The notes: generated from the sequence alone by a model not told the origin. 29,714 nt of DNA from a virus (IMGVR_UViG_3300025653_000183:1-29714), one strand, 5' to 3'. Numbered from the stretch's first letter, positions 1 to 8,370 are shown. Made by a program: numbers and translations.

Positions 1-31
1 GCTTAACCCCGAGTAAATCGTAGTAGTCCAT
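1..31 (-). CDS. dnaJ: DnaJ/J-domain protein, 5' end only (runs off the window)
   Basis: Not in the ORF track. The minus strand from ATG at 31 reads MDYYDLLGVK, the canonical J-domain start (DYYxxLGV). Only 10 codons are visible. Confidence 0.7.
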   Translation of the reverse strand, partial: MDYYDLLGVK

Positions 32-36
32 AATAC

Positions 37-44
37 TACTTAGT
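37..44 (-). promoter_or_regulatory. Candidate late promoter variant ACTAAGTA, 5 nt before the dnaJ ATG (likely leaderless)
   Basis: Minus strand reads ACTAAGTA-GTATT-ATG with no Shine-Dalgarno. It is a variant of the TAAATA motif found in other intergenic gaps. Confidence 0.4.
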
Positions 45-478
45 TATATTTTAACGATACCTTTACTAATTAGAAGCTGGCGATTTTTCAGATGTGCTTC
101 CTGTATCACTGTTTTGCTTTGTCCATAATAAGCAACACCATATCCTTCTGTTATCATGGTTTTAACAAGCATTTTGCCGTCATTGATAAAGAAGTCCCCC
201 AGTATACGTCCGAATTTGCCTCGCATGTCTTCTCCGTCTTTACCTATAAATGTTTTTAGTATTTGTTTACTGCCAACTGGTAAGTAATTTTTTACAAAAT
301 CTTTTGCCGCAAAGCCAAACAGTTTTTCAGTTAGATCTCTTGTTCGGCTTTCAGGAGTATCAATTCCATATAGTCTTATACGTTGATCTCGTAACCAAAC
401 ACCAAATCCTAAGTCAATATCAACATCTACTGTATCACCGTCTACAACATAGCGGATAATGCTGTTATATTCGTACAT
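44..478 (-). CDS. Thermonuclease (staphylococcal nuclease-like, SNase)
   Basis: Motifs VVDGDTVDV, RIRLYGIDTPE and GKFGRILG match SNase catalytic segments. No signal peptide. Confidence 0.9.
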   Translation of the reverse strand: MYEYNSIIRYVVDGDTVDVDIDLGFGVWLRDQRIRLYGIDTPESRTRDLTEKLFGFAAKDFVKNYLPVGSKQILKTFIGKDGEDMRGKFGRILGDFFINDGKMLVKTMITEGYGVAYYGQSKTVIQEAHLKNRQLLISKGIVKI

Positions 479-876
479 TATCGTTTACTCCCGGTATATA
501 AACCAAACCAAGCAGCACCTGCTCCTACAACAATGCTTATAAGACCAGATTGTTCCATTGTAGGATTTGGTAGTTCCATATACCATATAACACTTTTATA
601 TAATAACACAATATATGTGGTTATAAAGATACGTGGAAATATCCTCCAGCTGTCTACAGCATGGGCTAAGTGTATCCATTTTGCAAAAGGATTTACTCCT
701 AAATCCTTTGCAGTTGCATCTACTTCTAAATCTAACTTTACCCGTTTTGTAGTGGTTTCAGTAGAAGCAGGAACAGCAATTTCTTCGTCATATTTGTATT
801 TGTCAAATCCTGTTTCAGTTTTGTTTTCTACTATGTTTGTTTCCTCATCCTTCGAGAGGGGATGTGCCCTTGGCAT
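478..876 (-). CDS. Two-TM membrane protein, putative holin
   Basis: Hydrophilic N-terminal half, then WRIFPR and two hydrophobic helices (IFITTYIVLLYKSVIWYM; GLISIVVGAGAAWFGLY) and a basic C-terminus. GGAGG SD. Lies downstream of the endolysin/spanin genes. The holin role is inferred. Confidence 0.55.
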   Translation of the reverse strand: MPRAHPLSKDEETNIVENKTETGFDKYKYDEEIAVPASTETTTKRVKLDLEVDATAKDLGVNPFAKWIHLAHAVDSWRIFPRIFITTYIVLLYKSVIWYMELPNPTMEQSGLISIVVGAGAAWFGLYTGSKR

Positions 877-1336
877 CTTTGTTTACCTCCAATGGTTTTT
901 TGTATGTTGATTGAGCTTTTGCTATCAGCTCCATTATCTGTTGCCCTTTTTCTATATCAGTATCTAAGTGTAGGTCTCTGTGTACAATTTTCTCTAATTT
1001 GTGGTATTCAATTTTTTCATTTGGTACATATTGCCAGGTGTAACCTTTGTCCGTGTATCTACCAAATACAGTTTCCTTCATACCTATCTTAATAATCATA
1101 GCATCGTGTCCGTCTAAGATGACTTGATCGCCCTCACGAAAGTTTCCACCATATTTAAACGCCATACCGGCCACAAGATTTTGTGCAAAATCTTTAAACC
1201 AAAATGCTGCTGCTATACTAATTAAGATTGCTAACCAAGGTACTATCATGTCAGTTAGATGCATTCCTAACATCTGAAAACTTTCAGAGTGTGACATACC
1301 TTGTACTTGTTGTGCTAAATCCATATTTGCCCCCAT
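845..1336 (-). CDS. Truncated MscS-family (small mechanosensitive channel) protein: TM3 plus beta domain
   Basis: One TM helix (WLAILISIAAAFWF), then KDFAQNLVAGMAF...FREGDQVILDGHDAMIIKIGMKETVF...VPNEKI, matching the MscS signature xDxxxNxxAG...PFxxGDxI...GxVxxIGxRxT...IPN. Alternative start ATG at 1324. Confidence 0.75.
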   Translation of the reverse strand: MGANMDLAQQVQGMSHSESFQMLGMHLTDMIVPWLAILISIAAAFWFKDFAQNLVAGMAFKYGGNFREGDQVILDGHDAMIIKIGMKETVFGRYTDKGYTWQYVPNEKIEYHKLEKIVHRDLHLDTDIEKGQQIMELIAKAQSTYKKPLEVNKDAKGTSPLEG

Positions 1337-1376
1337 TACCGCCCTCGGGCGTACATAGTATTTAGCGGTACGAATG
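1334..1376 (-). promoter_or_regulatory. Late promoter GCTAAATA (1366-1359) embedded in alternative RNA hairpins over the start of the MscS-like gene
   Basis: Inverted repeats TACCGC (1337-1342)/GCGGTA (1365-1370) and CGCCC/GGGCG (1340-1351) flank or overlap the motif, SD and ATG. Confidence 0.55.
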
Positions 1377-1391
1377 TTACATTATATCTGG

Positions 1392-1823
1392 TTATTTTGT
1401 AACATTTTCGTAGTAGTTTTTATATTGTTTTATTATTTCGTTTTGTTTGATTATGTATGCACGGATTTGTGCAAAGTTTTTGCTTAGAGTTTCGTAATTG
1501 TCATCTGTTAAACCAAAAAGAACAACATCTGCATTTTTGTCTTTTAATTCTGCAAATACATCTGCGTAATTATCTTCGGTTATTAGTATCCAGTTTACTT
1601 TACTCATTTCTACTGGTGCAGGTTTGTCTAAGTTGAGGGGAGTTTTTTCTATATATTTTGTTACTGTTTCTATTTTTTTAACAGGAGGAGGAGTGATGTC
1701 TTTTGTACAACTGTTTACAAAAAACAATACGGGTAATATTAATGCAAATATTTTAATACTGTACGAATTTAGGATTCGCAATGCTAGTACATTCAGGATT
1801 GATCTGTGATTTTTTTGTTGCAT
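1392..1823 (-). CDS. Outer-membrane spanin (o-spanin, Rz1-like lipoprotein)
   Basis: Hydrophobic stretch IFALILPVLFF, then lipobox VNS-C (Cys codon 1709-1707), a Pro-rich segment (TPPPV, KPAPV) and a C-terminal helix. The 5' end overlaps the i-spanin gene. Confidence 0.8.
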   Translation of the reverse strand: MQQKNHRSILNVLALRILNSYSIKIFALILPVLFFVNSCTKDITPPPVKKIETVTKYIEKTPLNLDKPAPVEMSKVNWILITEDNYADVFAELKDKNADVVLFGLTDDNYETLSKNFAQIRAYIIKQNEIIKQYKNYYENVTK

Positions 1824-2265
1824 TTTTTTCTTCTTCTGTAAGTGGACTACCCATAGCTATCTCTACACATCTTAAGGCATTGGCACTTGCACGATTAACA
1901 ATTTTTTCTATTGCTTTTGTTTTTTGTACAGCAAGATTACCAATGTCTCGCTTTTCTCCACTTGCATTAATCTTGTTAAATTTTGTGTCAAGTGCTGCAT
2001 ACTCTTTTACTAATTTTTGATTTACATTTTCTAGTTTTTTATTTGCTTCTGTAATGTCTTTAAAATCTTTTTGTAATTGGTCAAGCACTTCTTGCTGTTT
2101 ACCTATTTCATTTTCTAACAATTGTGTGTTTGCTTCGGATGTTGCTAGGTTAGCTTTTGTTTGTTCTAAATTTACACGTAAATCTATTACATAATCATAT
2201 GCTGCAAATCCAGCAAGTAATACAAGTGCTATTAAGCCATATTTTATGCCAGCAAAAATACCCAT
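1753..2265 (-). CDS. Inner-membrane spanin (i-spanin, Rz-like)
   Basis: N-terminal TM (YGLIALVLLAGFAAY), a long coiled coil and two C-terminal Cys. Sits directly after the endolysin and overlaps a lipoprotein gene. Confidence 0.8.
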   Translation of the reverse strand: MGIFAGIKYGLIALVLLAGFAAYDYVIDLRVNLEQTKANLATSEANTQLLENEIGKQQEVLDQLQKDFKDITEANKKLENVNQKLVKEYAALDTKFNKINASGEKRDIGNLAVQKTKAIEKIVNRASANALRCVEIAMGSPLTEEEKNATKKSQINPECTSIANPKFVQY

Positions 2266-2267
2266 AA

Positions 2268-3119
2268 TCAGCCTAACAGTTTTTCAATTGTCTTAGGACC
2301 TACTATACCGTCTGGATAAAGTCCGTTATCTTCTTGCCAAATTTTTATTATTTCTTCGGTTCCCGGACCAAATATACCATCTGCAGGTTTAATATCTAAT
2401 CGTTCTTGTATTTCTGTGACTAATGCCCCCCTACTGCCTTTTTTAACAATTTGATTACGGTCAACACTGTGAGAATCAAGATCGCCTCCTAACACATCTA
2501 ATGCATGTTCCCAGTGCTTCTTGCGATCTTCCAAACCAATTGTACCGCCATTAATGCGTTTAGTCATACCCACGATATCTTGATCGTCACAATAACGGTT
2601 TATGTTGTTTGTGTCCCAAAACCAGCATGCACTATCTAAGGCGCCTTTTTTTGTCCTTACATAATTTACACTGTCATCTACAGTAATTCCCATTTCTTTT
2701 GCAAATGCTGTATAGTTATTACAACCTGTTAACTGCAGTATACCACCGCCTCTATATTTCCAACCGTCGCCACTAGCCTCATCACCGTTACCCATGCGAT
2801 CAGCATAGATTACATTTGCAATACGTTCTGGTTGTCTATGATATTCTTGTGCATTTCTACCTGCACGGATGAAATATTTTGGAAAGATTCTATTAAGTGC
2901 GGCTGCTGAATAGTTGAGGTTTTCGGTGAGCACAGAAAAGTTACGAGATTCATGACCGCATTGTGCAATAAATCCTGCTACACGGTCAATAGTGTTAATT
3001 TCCCAGAGAGGCAAAATCTCACACATTGCATTATACCAATTATTCCATTCAATATTTCCATGTAACAATTCTTTAACCATTGGCGGTTCAAATGCAAATT
3101 TGAAGTCGGATTTTGCCAT
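2268..3119 (-). CDS. Endolysin, glycoside hydrolase family 19 with C-terminal peptidoglycan-binding domain
   Basis: GH19 motifs FIAQCGHES, ENLNYS, GDGWKYRGGGILQLTG..NY, SACWFW and TKRINGG..GLEDR. PG_binding_1-like tail (GSRG..V..IQ..L...DGIFGPGT....WQ..NGL..DGIVGPKT). Confidence 0.93.
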   Translation of the reverse strand: MAKSDFKFAFEPPMVKELLHGNIEWNNWYNAMCEILPLWEINTIDRVAGFIAQCGHESRNFSVLTENLNYSAAALNRIFPKYFIRAGRNAQEYHRQPERIANVIYADRMGNGDEASGDGWKYRGGGILQLTGCNNYTAFAKEMGITVDDSVNYVRTKKGALDSACWFWDTNNINRYCDDQDIVGMTKRINGGTIGLEDRKKHWEHALDVLGGDLDSHSVDRNQIVKKGSRGALVTEIQERLDIKPADGIFGPGTEEIIKIWQEDNGLYPDGIVGPKTIEKLLG

Positions 3120-3129
3120 TATGTTCTCC

Positions 3130-3846
3130 TTAAGAAATGCGTTCTACAACTAGTGTTTTTCCTTTGTTTTCTAACGTCAATTTATTACCATATTTGGTAA
3201 TATTATAATCGCCTATATATTTTGATAGATATATGATTTCTGCAAAATCCCATGGATTAAAACTTTCTGTTAACCTATCAAATACATCTTGTTTGTCACC
3301 GAAATCTAAAAATCGTAGTTGTAATCGTTCTGTGTGTGGTTTTTGTAATACAATAGTTTCGCTTAACATCTCAATATTATCACAATAACTATTGCTAAAG
3401 AAATGCTTGTAGTTTTCCATTGTTGTTTGTTCTAGTTTTACACTGTAATCATCTGCACTTGTTGGTATTGTTTCTGTAAGTGCTTCTAATGTTGCTTCTT
3501 TGCTGTTAAAGTTTTTATAATAACGGAATTTTAAATTATTTACTCCGCTTATTTTTTTAACACCGTCAAGCATTTCGTATAGGTTTTCGCCTATATGTCT
3601 ATCTCTTTCAATTTCTACAAAAACTTTATAGTTACCGTCGTTAAGTTCTCCTGCTGATACATCTGCATCAAGTATAAAACTATAGCCGCTTTCTAAAAAT
3701 TTAACTAAATCGTCTGCAGGTGCCTTGTCTTTCATTGTAAAACTTACAACTACAATGTCTTTATCTTCTCCCATTTTGCTAGTGTATGAATCTACTTCAA
3801 AAATATCATACATCATATATTTTAAATCGTGCTTATGTAGACTCAT
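3130..3846 (-). CDS. Hypothetical phage protein (238 aa)
   Basis: Long ORF, translationally coupled (TAATG at 3846) to the upstream gene. No motif recognised. Confidence 0.8.
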   Translation of the reverse strand: MSLHKHDLKYMMYDIFEVDSYTSKMGEDKDIVVVSFTMKDKAPADDLVKFLESGYSFILDADVSAGELNDGNYKVFVEIERDRHIGENLYEMLDGVKKISGVNNLKFRYYKNFNSKEATLEALTETIPTSADDYSVKLEQTTMENYKHFFSNSYCDNIEMLSETIVLQKPHTERLQLRFLDFGDKQDVFDRLTESFNPWDFAEIIYLSKYIGDYNITKYGNKLTLENKGKTLVVERIS

Positions 3847-4439
3847 TATACTGCTCCTGCCGGTGCTGCTCCGGCTTCAGGAGGTGCTGCTCCAGCTTCA
3901 GGTGGTGCTGCTCCGCCCATATCCATTCCTTCGGGCATTCCGCCTGCTGCTAGGTCATCAGCTGGTTGCTCAGTACCAGGTGCTGTTGCTTCTGTTGCAG
4001 GATCTGTTATCCAATCCCATTTTTCTTTGTAGCTACCATATATATCAGCTAATAATTTTTTAGGCATCATAATGCTTACAATCCAAATAGGACGACGATC
4101 GAGTTTTCCTTTTTTGGTGCCTGGGCGCATGTCATCGGGTTTTCGTATTTTCCTAGGTTTAAGCATATAAGTTTTTTGATACTTAATTTTGCAATCATAA
4201 TCTAATAATCTCTTGCCGCCCATAGGGTCCGGCATCTTATTCCTATCCCAGAAAAATTTACATGTAACCCAATGTCTATCAATAATCGGCCCTTCGGCTA
4301 ATTCACCATCTTCCCAATTATCATATACATATAAGTCTAATTCATCTAATACACGCTCGAAATCTTTTAGGATTTGGAAACCTGTATTACTTTCATATAT
4401 TCTTTCTACGTTTTTTATTACGTCATAAATGTCTTGCAT
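3846..4439 (-). CDS. Hypothetical phage protein (197 aa) with Ala/Pro/Gly-rich disordered tail
   Basis: Long ORF with AGGA SD, preceded by GATAAATA. The C-terminus has GAAPPEA repeats. Confidence 0.8.
   Translation of the reverse strand: MQDIYDVIKNVERIYESNTGFQILKDFERVLDELDLYVYDNWEDGELAEGPIIDRHWVTCKFFWDRNKMPDPMGGKRLLDYDCKIKYQKTYMLKPRKIRKPDDMRPGTKKGKLDRRPIWIVSIMMPKKLLADIYGSYKEKWDWITDPATEATAPGTEQPADDLAAGGMPEGMDMGGAAPPEAGAAPPEAGAAPAGAV
3862..3914. repeat. 21-bp coding tandem repeat, 2.5 copies (GAAPPEA)
   Basis: ggtgctgctccggcttcagga / ggtgctgctccagcttcaggt / ggtgctgctcc. Confidence 0.9.
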
Positions 4440-4453
4440 TTCAGATAATCCTA

Positions 4454-4474
4454 TATTTATTACTTTTATTTATC
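4454..4474 (-). promoter_or_regulatory. Late promoter motifs GATAAATA (4474-4467) and AATAAATA (4461-4454)
   Basis: Same motif as in other intergenic gaps; resembles the T4 gp55-dependent TATAAATA. Heads the operon leading to the lysis genes. Confidence 0.6.
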
Positions 4475-4508
4475 GTATTTTAAGGTAAGTTTAGCTTTAA
4501 AAGATACA

Positions 4509-4516
4509 GCTAAATA
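4509..4516 (+). promoter_or_regulatory. Late promoter motif GCTAAATA for phoH
   Basis: The motif is on the + strand here, matching the orientation of the only + strand gene, and is divergent from the 4467-4474 copy. Confidence 0.55.
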
Positions 4517-4521
4517 TTTGT

Positions 4522-4558
4522 GTAGGGCACTGGCCTTACTGGAAAGGTTAAGCCCTAT
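4522..4558 (+). promoter_or_regulatory. Structured 5' leader hairpin of phoH
   Basis: Outer stem TAGGGC (4523-28)/GCCCTA (4552-57), inner stem TGGCCTT (4531-37)/AAGGTTA (4544-50), loop ACTGGA. GC-rich relative to its surroundings. Confidence 0.6.
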
Positions 4559-4582
4559 TTTATCCATACAAGGAGGAACTTA

Positions 4583-5305
4583 ATGGGTGCAAGACGTTCG
4601 GCCCGCAAGCCGAGATATGAAGAAGCAACTAATAACGTTGTTGAATTTGATGCATATAAGAAAAAGCGTCAAGTTAGAGTCCTACCACGTAATAGAAATC
4701 AAGAAACTTACATGTTAAAATTGCTAGACAAGGATAAAGACATCGTCTTTGGAATAGGTCCAGCTGGTACAGGTAAAACATTATTAGCAGTCCAAATCGC
4801 TGTAAAACTGTTTAAGGAAGGTGAGGTTGAAAAAATTATTGTTACTCGTCCTGCAGTTAGCGTCGATGAAGACTTAGGATTTTTACCAGGAACGCTAGAG
4901 CAAAAAATGGCTCCGTGGACTAGACCTATATTCGATGTCATAAGAGAATATTTCACTGCCAGAGAAATAACTATGATGATCGACGAAGGCATTATAGAAA
5001 TAGCACCACTAGCATACATGCGAGGACGGACATTTAAGAACAGTTTTATTCTAGCAGATGAAATGCAGAATGCAACACCTAATCAAATGAAGATGTTATT
5101 AACACGCATTGGAGAGGGTTCTAAGATGGTAGTTACTGGTGATCTAGCACAAGCAGATAGACTTACAGACAATGGTTTAGTATCATTCATAAAACATTTG
5201 TACACTCGTGATTTAACCCGGTTAGATATAGTAAACTTTGAGCATCGTGACATTGAACGTCACGAAGCAGTTAAAGAAGTACTAGCTATCTACGGAGACG
5301 AATAA
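4583..5305 (+). CDS. phoH: PhoH-family ATPase
   Basis: GPAGTGKT, TRPAV, LGFLPG, APLAYMRGRTF, ADEMQN, LTRIG, TGDLAQ and DIERH motifs. AAGGAGG SD. Confidence 0.97.
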   Translation: MGARRSARKPRYEEATNNVVEFDAYKKKRQVRVLPRNRNQETYMLKLLDKDKDIVFGIGPAGTGKTLLAVQIAVKLFKEGEVEKIIVTRPAVSVDEDLGFLPGTLEQKMAPWTRPIFDVIREYFTAREITMMIDEGIIEIAPLAYMRGRTFKNSFILADEMQNATPNQMKMLLTRIGEGSKMVVTGDLAQADRLTDNGLVSFIKHLYTRDLTRLDIVNFEHRDIERHEAVKEVLAIYGDE

Positions 5306-5322
5306 CCCATTAACTAAGGAGG

Positions 5323-5338
5323 GGGGTCGAAAGGCCCC
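5323..5338 (+). terminator. Hairpin between convergent phoH and dCMP deaminase genes
   Basis: GGGGTC-GAAA-GGCCCC with a GNRA tetraloop; pairs fully (one G-U) only on the + strand. The U-tract is weak. Confidence 0.55.
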
Positions 5339-5823
5339 TAAACTTTGTAAACTTCAACATTAGATTTTTGTAAGAAATCTAATCCAGTGTCAAGCCGATA
5401 AGGCTCTTTAAAATATACTCTAGAAATACCACTTTGATAAATTAATTTTGCACAGTCTAAACATGGCTGATGTGTAATAAACATTGTTGCACCTTCGCCA
5501 CTTTCGCTACTGCGGGCAAGTTTAGCAAGGGCGTTACTTTCTGCATGCAATACTTCGGGCCGAGTTTTTAATCTTGTCCAGTTACCTTTTTCAGTTTCAG
5601 TGTAGCCCTGAGCAACCATATCATAGCCTTGTGCTTCGGCTTTTGTTACAAAAATAGTTGCTTCGCAATTATTATCCCAACCGCTAGGCATACCGTTGTA
5701 ACCAATAGAAATAATCCTATCATCCTTTACAATAATAGCACCTACTTGCAGTCGCTTTGCACTGGATAATTTGCTAAAACGTTCTGCAACGTCCATAAAT
5801 GCATGGATAAATTTATCCTTCAT
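5338..5823 (-). CDS. dCMP deaminase
   Basis: VGAIIV, GYNG, HAESNA and PCLDC zinc-binding motifs (ComEB/dCMP deaminase family). Confidence 0.95.
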   Translation of the reverse strand: MKDKFIHAFMDVAERFSKLSSAKRLQVGAIIVKDDRIISIGYNGMPSGWDNNCEATIFVTKAEAQGYDMVAQGYTETEKGNWTRLKTRPEVLHAESNALAKLARSSESGEGATMFITHQPCLDCAKLIYQSGISRVYFKEPYRLDTGLDFLQKSNVEVYKV

Positions 5824-6493
5824 CTACAAAGCTCATTATGTTTGGAAAGATTTCTGCTACAACTTTTGCACAAGCATGGGCAATTTCCATGTGTTCTTTT
5901 TGTGTCCCATTTGCTCCACGTAATTCAATGTAATGTACCCAACTACGTAGGCTGCCATTCATATAAAGGCGTGTCTTTGTATTTCCTTCTGGCAATACAA
6001 CCCGTGCTTGCTCTTTAGCAATACCGTTTTCAATAGCCCATTCATATGCTGCTTTGGCAGCCGCAATAACTTCTCGCTGCTTATGTATCCAATGTGCTTC
6101 TAATTCCGGATCGTCTGTTTCAATGCTGTTTTGCCTATTTTTATCATCCTGTAATCTAGCTTCGCGAATAACAAACTGATCTCCAAATTCAGCTGGATCT
6201 GCATATCGCTGACTAAATTCTTGGAATGCAAAACTGCGATGTCGTACGATTTGGTGTGCGATATCTCTAGTAGTTTCAATTTCTAAACAAGCACTTACCA
6301 TTTCAAACGGACTCCAATGTTTGTGCTTGATAAGGTATTTTAATAATCGTTCGCTCGTCTCAGTATTCATTTGATTAGAAGGATTAGACACCCTTGCACA
6401 GTATGCAACTAAATCCTGTGCATTGGGTAATACTTCTACTGATTTTGCGAAATCTTCTGCAGGTTGGGAGTAACTAACTAATCTTACTTTCAT
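5813..6493 (-). CDS. thyX: Flavin-dependent thymidylate synthase ThyX
   Basis: [20 protein letters not shown] (RHRx7S motif), [10 protein letters not shown] and TQKEH. Confidence 0.97.
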   Translation of the reverse strand: MKVRLVSYSQPAEDFAKSVEVLPNAQDLVAYCARVSNPSNQMNTETSERLLKYLIKHKHWSPFEMVSACLEIETTRDIAHQIVRHRSFAFQEFSQRYADPAEFGDQFVIREARLQDDKNRQNSIETDDPELEAHWIHKQREVIAAAKAAYEWAIENGIAKEQARVVLPEGNTKTRLYMNGSLRSWVHYIELRGANGTQKEHMEIAHACAKVVAEIFPNIMSFVDEG

Positions 6494-6861
6494 TCATCTT
6501 CCTCTGGTTGATCCCCTTTTCCAGGGTTTTCTGAAAAATATTCTTCTAGCTTATTTGGCTTATATGCCCAATTTGCTGCATCTTTAGGAATATCTTCTTT
6601 TCTTTTCTTTGTAATGTTTGGCCATTGTTGTGACCATTTATGGTTGAAATCAATCCAAAATTGTTTTTTTGCTGGATCAACTTTGGTGTCAGGCCAAATT
6701 GCATCAACAGGACATTCTGGTTGACAAACGCCGCAGTCAATACATTCATCAGGATTGATAACTAAAGTATTTTCACCTTCGTAAAAGCAATCTACTGGAC
6801 AGACTTCCACACAATCCATGTGCTTACAATTGATACAGTTATCATCTACAATATATGTCAT
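6490..6861 (-). CDS. fdxA: 7Fe ferredoxin FdxA ([3Fe-4S][4Fe-4S])
   Basis: [21 protein letters not shown] and [15 protein letters not shown], plus the FdxA C-terminal extension (WPNIT...[15 protein letters not shown]). Confidence 0.95.
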   Translation of the reverse strand: MTYIVDDNCINCKHMDCVEVCPVDCFYEGENTLVINPDECIDCGVCQPECPVDAIWPDTKVDPAKKQFWIDFNHKWSQQWPNITKKRKEDIPKDAANWAYKPNKLEEYFSENPGKGDQPEEDE

Positions 6862-7184
6862 GCTGCTACCTCAAAAAATTGATCAAATAGGTTATCGTCA
6901 TTATGGTACTTAGCATCAACTATCTCATACGAATCAACTTGCATTGCAAGTAACGTATGTTTTTTTGTTGGTTTACCTTTAAACCAAAAAGTCAGCATAG
7001 GATCATCGGGATTCTCATGCCAATAATACCAGTTATAATCAACTATTGTAGTTTCGTCATCAGCAAATACTTTTTCAGATTCACCAAATAGTTTTTCTAC
7101 TCGGTCAATTGGATGTATTTCTTGGTGAAAATATGGAATTTTAATTGCAAATTCTTTTACTTTTAAATGATGTTTTATTTTCAT
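6858..7184 (-). CDS. Hypothetical protein
   Basis: Fills the gap between neighbours, with 4-bp overlaps at both ends. Confidence 0.7.
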   Translation of the reverse strand: MKIKHHLKVKEFAIKIPYFHQEIHPIDRVEKLFGESEKVFADDETTIVDYNWYYWHENPDDPMLTFWFKGKPTKKHTLLAMQVDSYEIVDAKYHNDDNLFDQFFEVAA

Positions 7185-8095
7185 AATCTACTCAATTTAA
7201 TTAGTACAGCCGCAAGATTAATTTCAGGATCAACAACTAATGTGTGGTCAACTAGTCCTTGTTTAATAATTAATACTGCTGAATCTTGTTTTTCATCATC
7301 GCCAAATAATTCTAAATTTTCGTAAAGCCAGCGATAAATGCCTTCCATTTCCTCAGGACGGACTGTACCACATAAAAGTTTTCTAGCCTCTGCAATTTTA
7401 CCTGTTTTGAAAAGATCTACCATCTCTAGTTTCCAATCTGCTTCGCCAGAGTCATTTTCGTGTGGAGCAAGTAAACTTTTGTCCTGTACATTCATTTGCA
7501 CCATATTTATGCACTTGCGTAAGTCTGGATAGGTAGCTTTGACGTATGTATCAAGGATATCAAGATCTGGTGTTACATTTTCTGCAATTAAAATTTCTGC
7601 TACTCTAGCCGTGAATTCTGTTTGATCTACCCGAGCAATATGGAATCCTTGACATCTACTATGGATAGCAGGAATGATTTTATTATGATAATTACATGTT
7701 AATATAAATCTAGCAAACTCATGATATTCCTCCATTACTCCACGTAATGCCGCTTGAGCATTTGGTGACAAATAATCTGCTTCGTCTAGCAGCACAACTT
7801 TAAAGTCGCCAAAAGGAATCATTTGTACAAAGTTTACAATTTTATCTCTAACATCGTCAACTGAATTAGTACGACTTGCATTTATTTCTAAGATATCAAA
7901 CTCATTAACATTTAGTTCATGCAGCAGTAATTTTGCTAAAGTTGTCTTGCCTATTCCTGCATTTCCACTAAAAAGCAAATGCGGGATACTTTGATCTTTA
8001 ATCCATTGTTGTATTTGTTTTTTTTGTGCTTCATCTCTAAAAACATATCCTTCTACAGTCTTAGGTCTATATTTTTCTACCCAAAGTTCTTTCAT
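7181..8095 (-). CDS. Clamp loader AAA+ subunit (RFC small subunit / T4 gp44-like)
   Basis: WVEKYRP, Walker A GNAGIGKT, EINAS, Walker B LLDEAD, AQAALR, FILTCN and SRC motifs. Confidence 0.95.
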   Translation of the reverse strand: MKELWVEKYRPKTVEGYVFRDEAQKKQIQQWIKDQSIPHLLFSGNAGIGKTTLAKLLLHELNVNEFDILEINASRTNSVDDVRDKIVNFVQMIPFGDFKVVLLDEADYLSPNAQAALRGVMEEYHEFARFILTCNYHNKIIPAIHSRCQGFHIARVDQTEFTARVAEILIAENVTPDLDILDTYVKATYPDLRKCINMVQMNVQDKSLLAPHENDSGEADWKLEMVDLFKTGKIAEARKLLCGTVRPEEMEGIYRWLYENLELFGDDEKQDSAVLIIKQGLVDHTLVVDPEINLAAVLIKLSRL

Positions 8096-8370
8096 TTGAT
8101 TAACTCACTCCAAGTTTTAAGTTTATCTTGTTTAATTGATACACGATGTCTAAGCTCTTCCCAGTTGGTTATTTTGTGTGCTACTAGTAATTCTAGCATA
8201 CACAATACATCGCCTGCTTCCTCTACAAATTTTTGTCTTTGCTCTTCTTCTATTTCTTCTATTGTAGCATACTTTCGTATAATCTTGCTACATCTTTGTG
8301 TCAGTTCTCCGCATTCTTCTGCGGTTATAATCATCAATTGTTGTAGGGTGTTTATAGGGCTAGTTTGCAA
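8092..8370 (-). CDS. MazG-like NTP pyrophosphohydrolase
   Basis: EECGEL...EEAGDVL acidic motif pair. TTG start with GGAG SD. Confidence 0.8.
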   Translation of the reverse strand: MQTSPINTLQQLMIITAEECGELTQRCSKIIRKYATIEEIEEEQRQKFVEEAGDVLCMLELLVAHKITNWEELRHRVSIKQDKLKTWSELIK

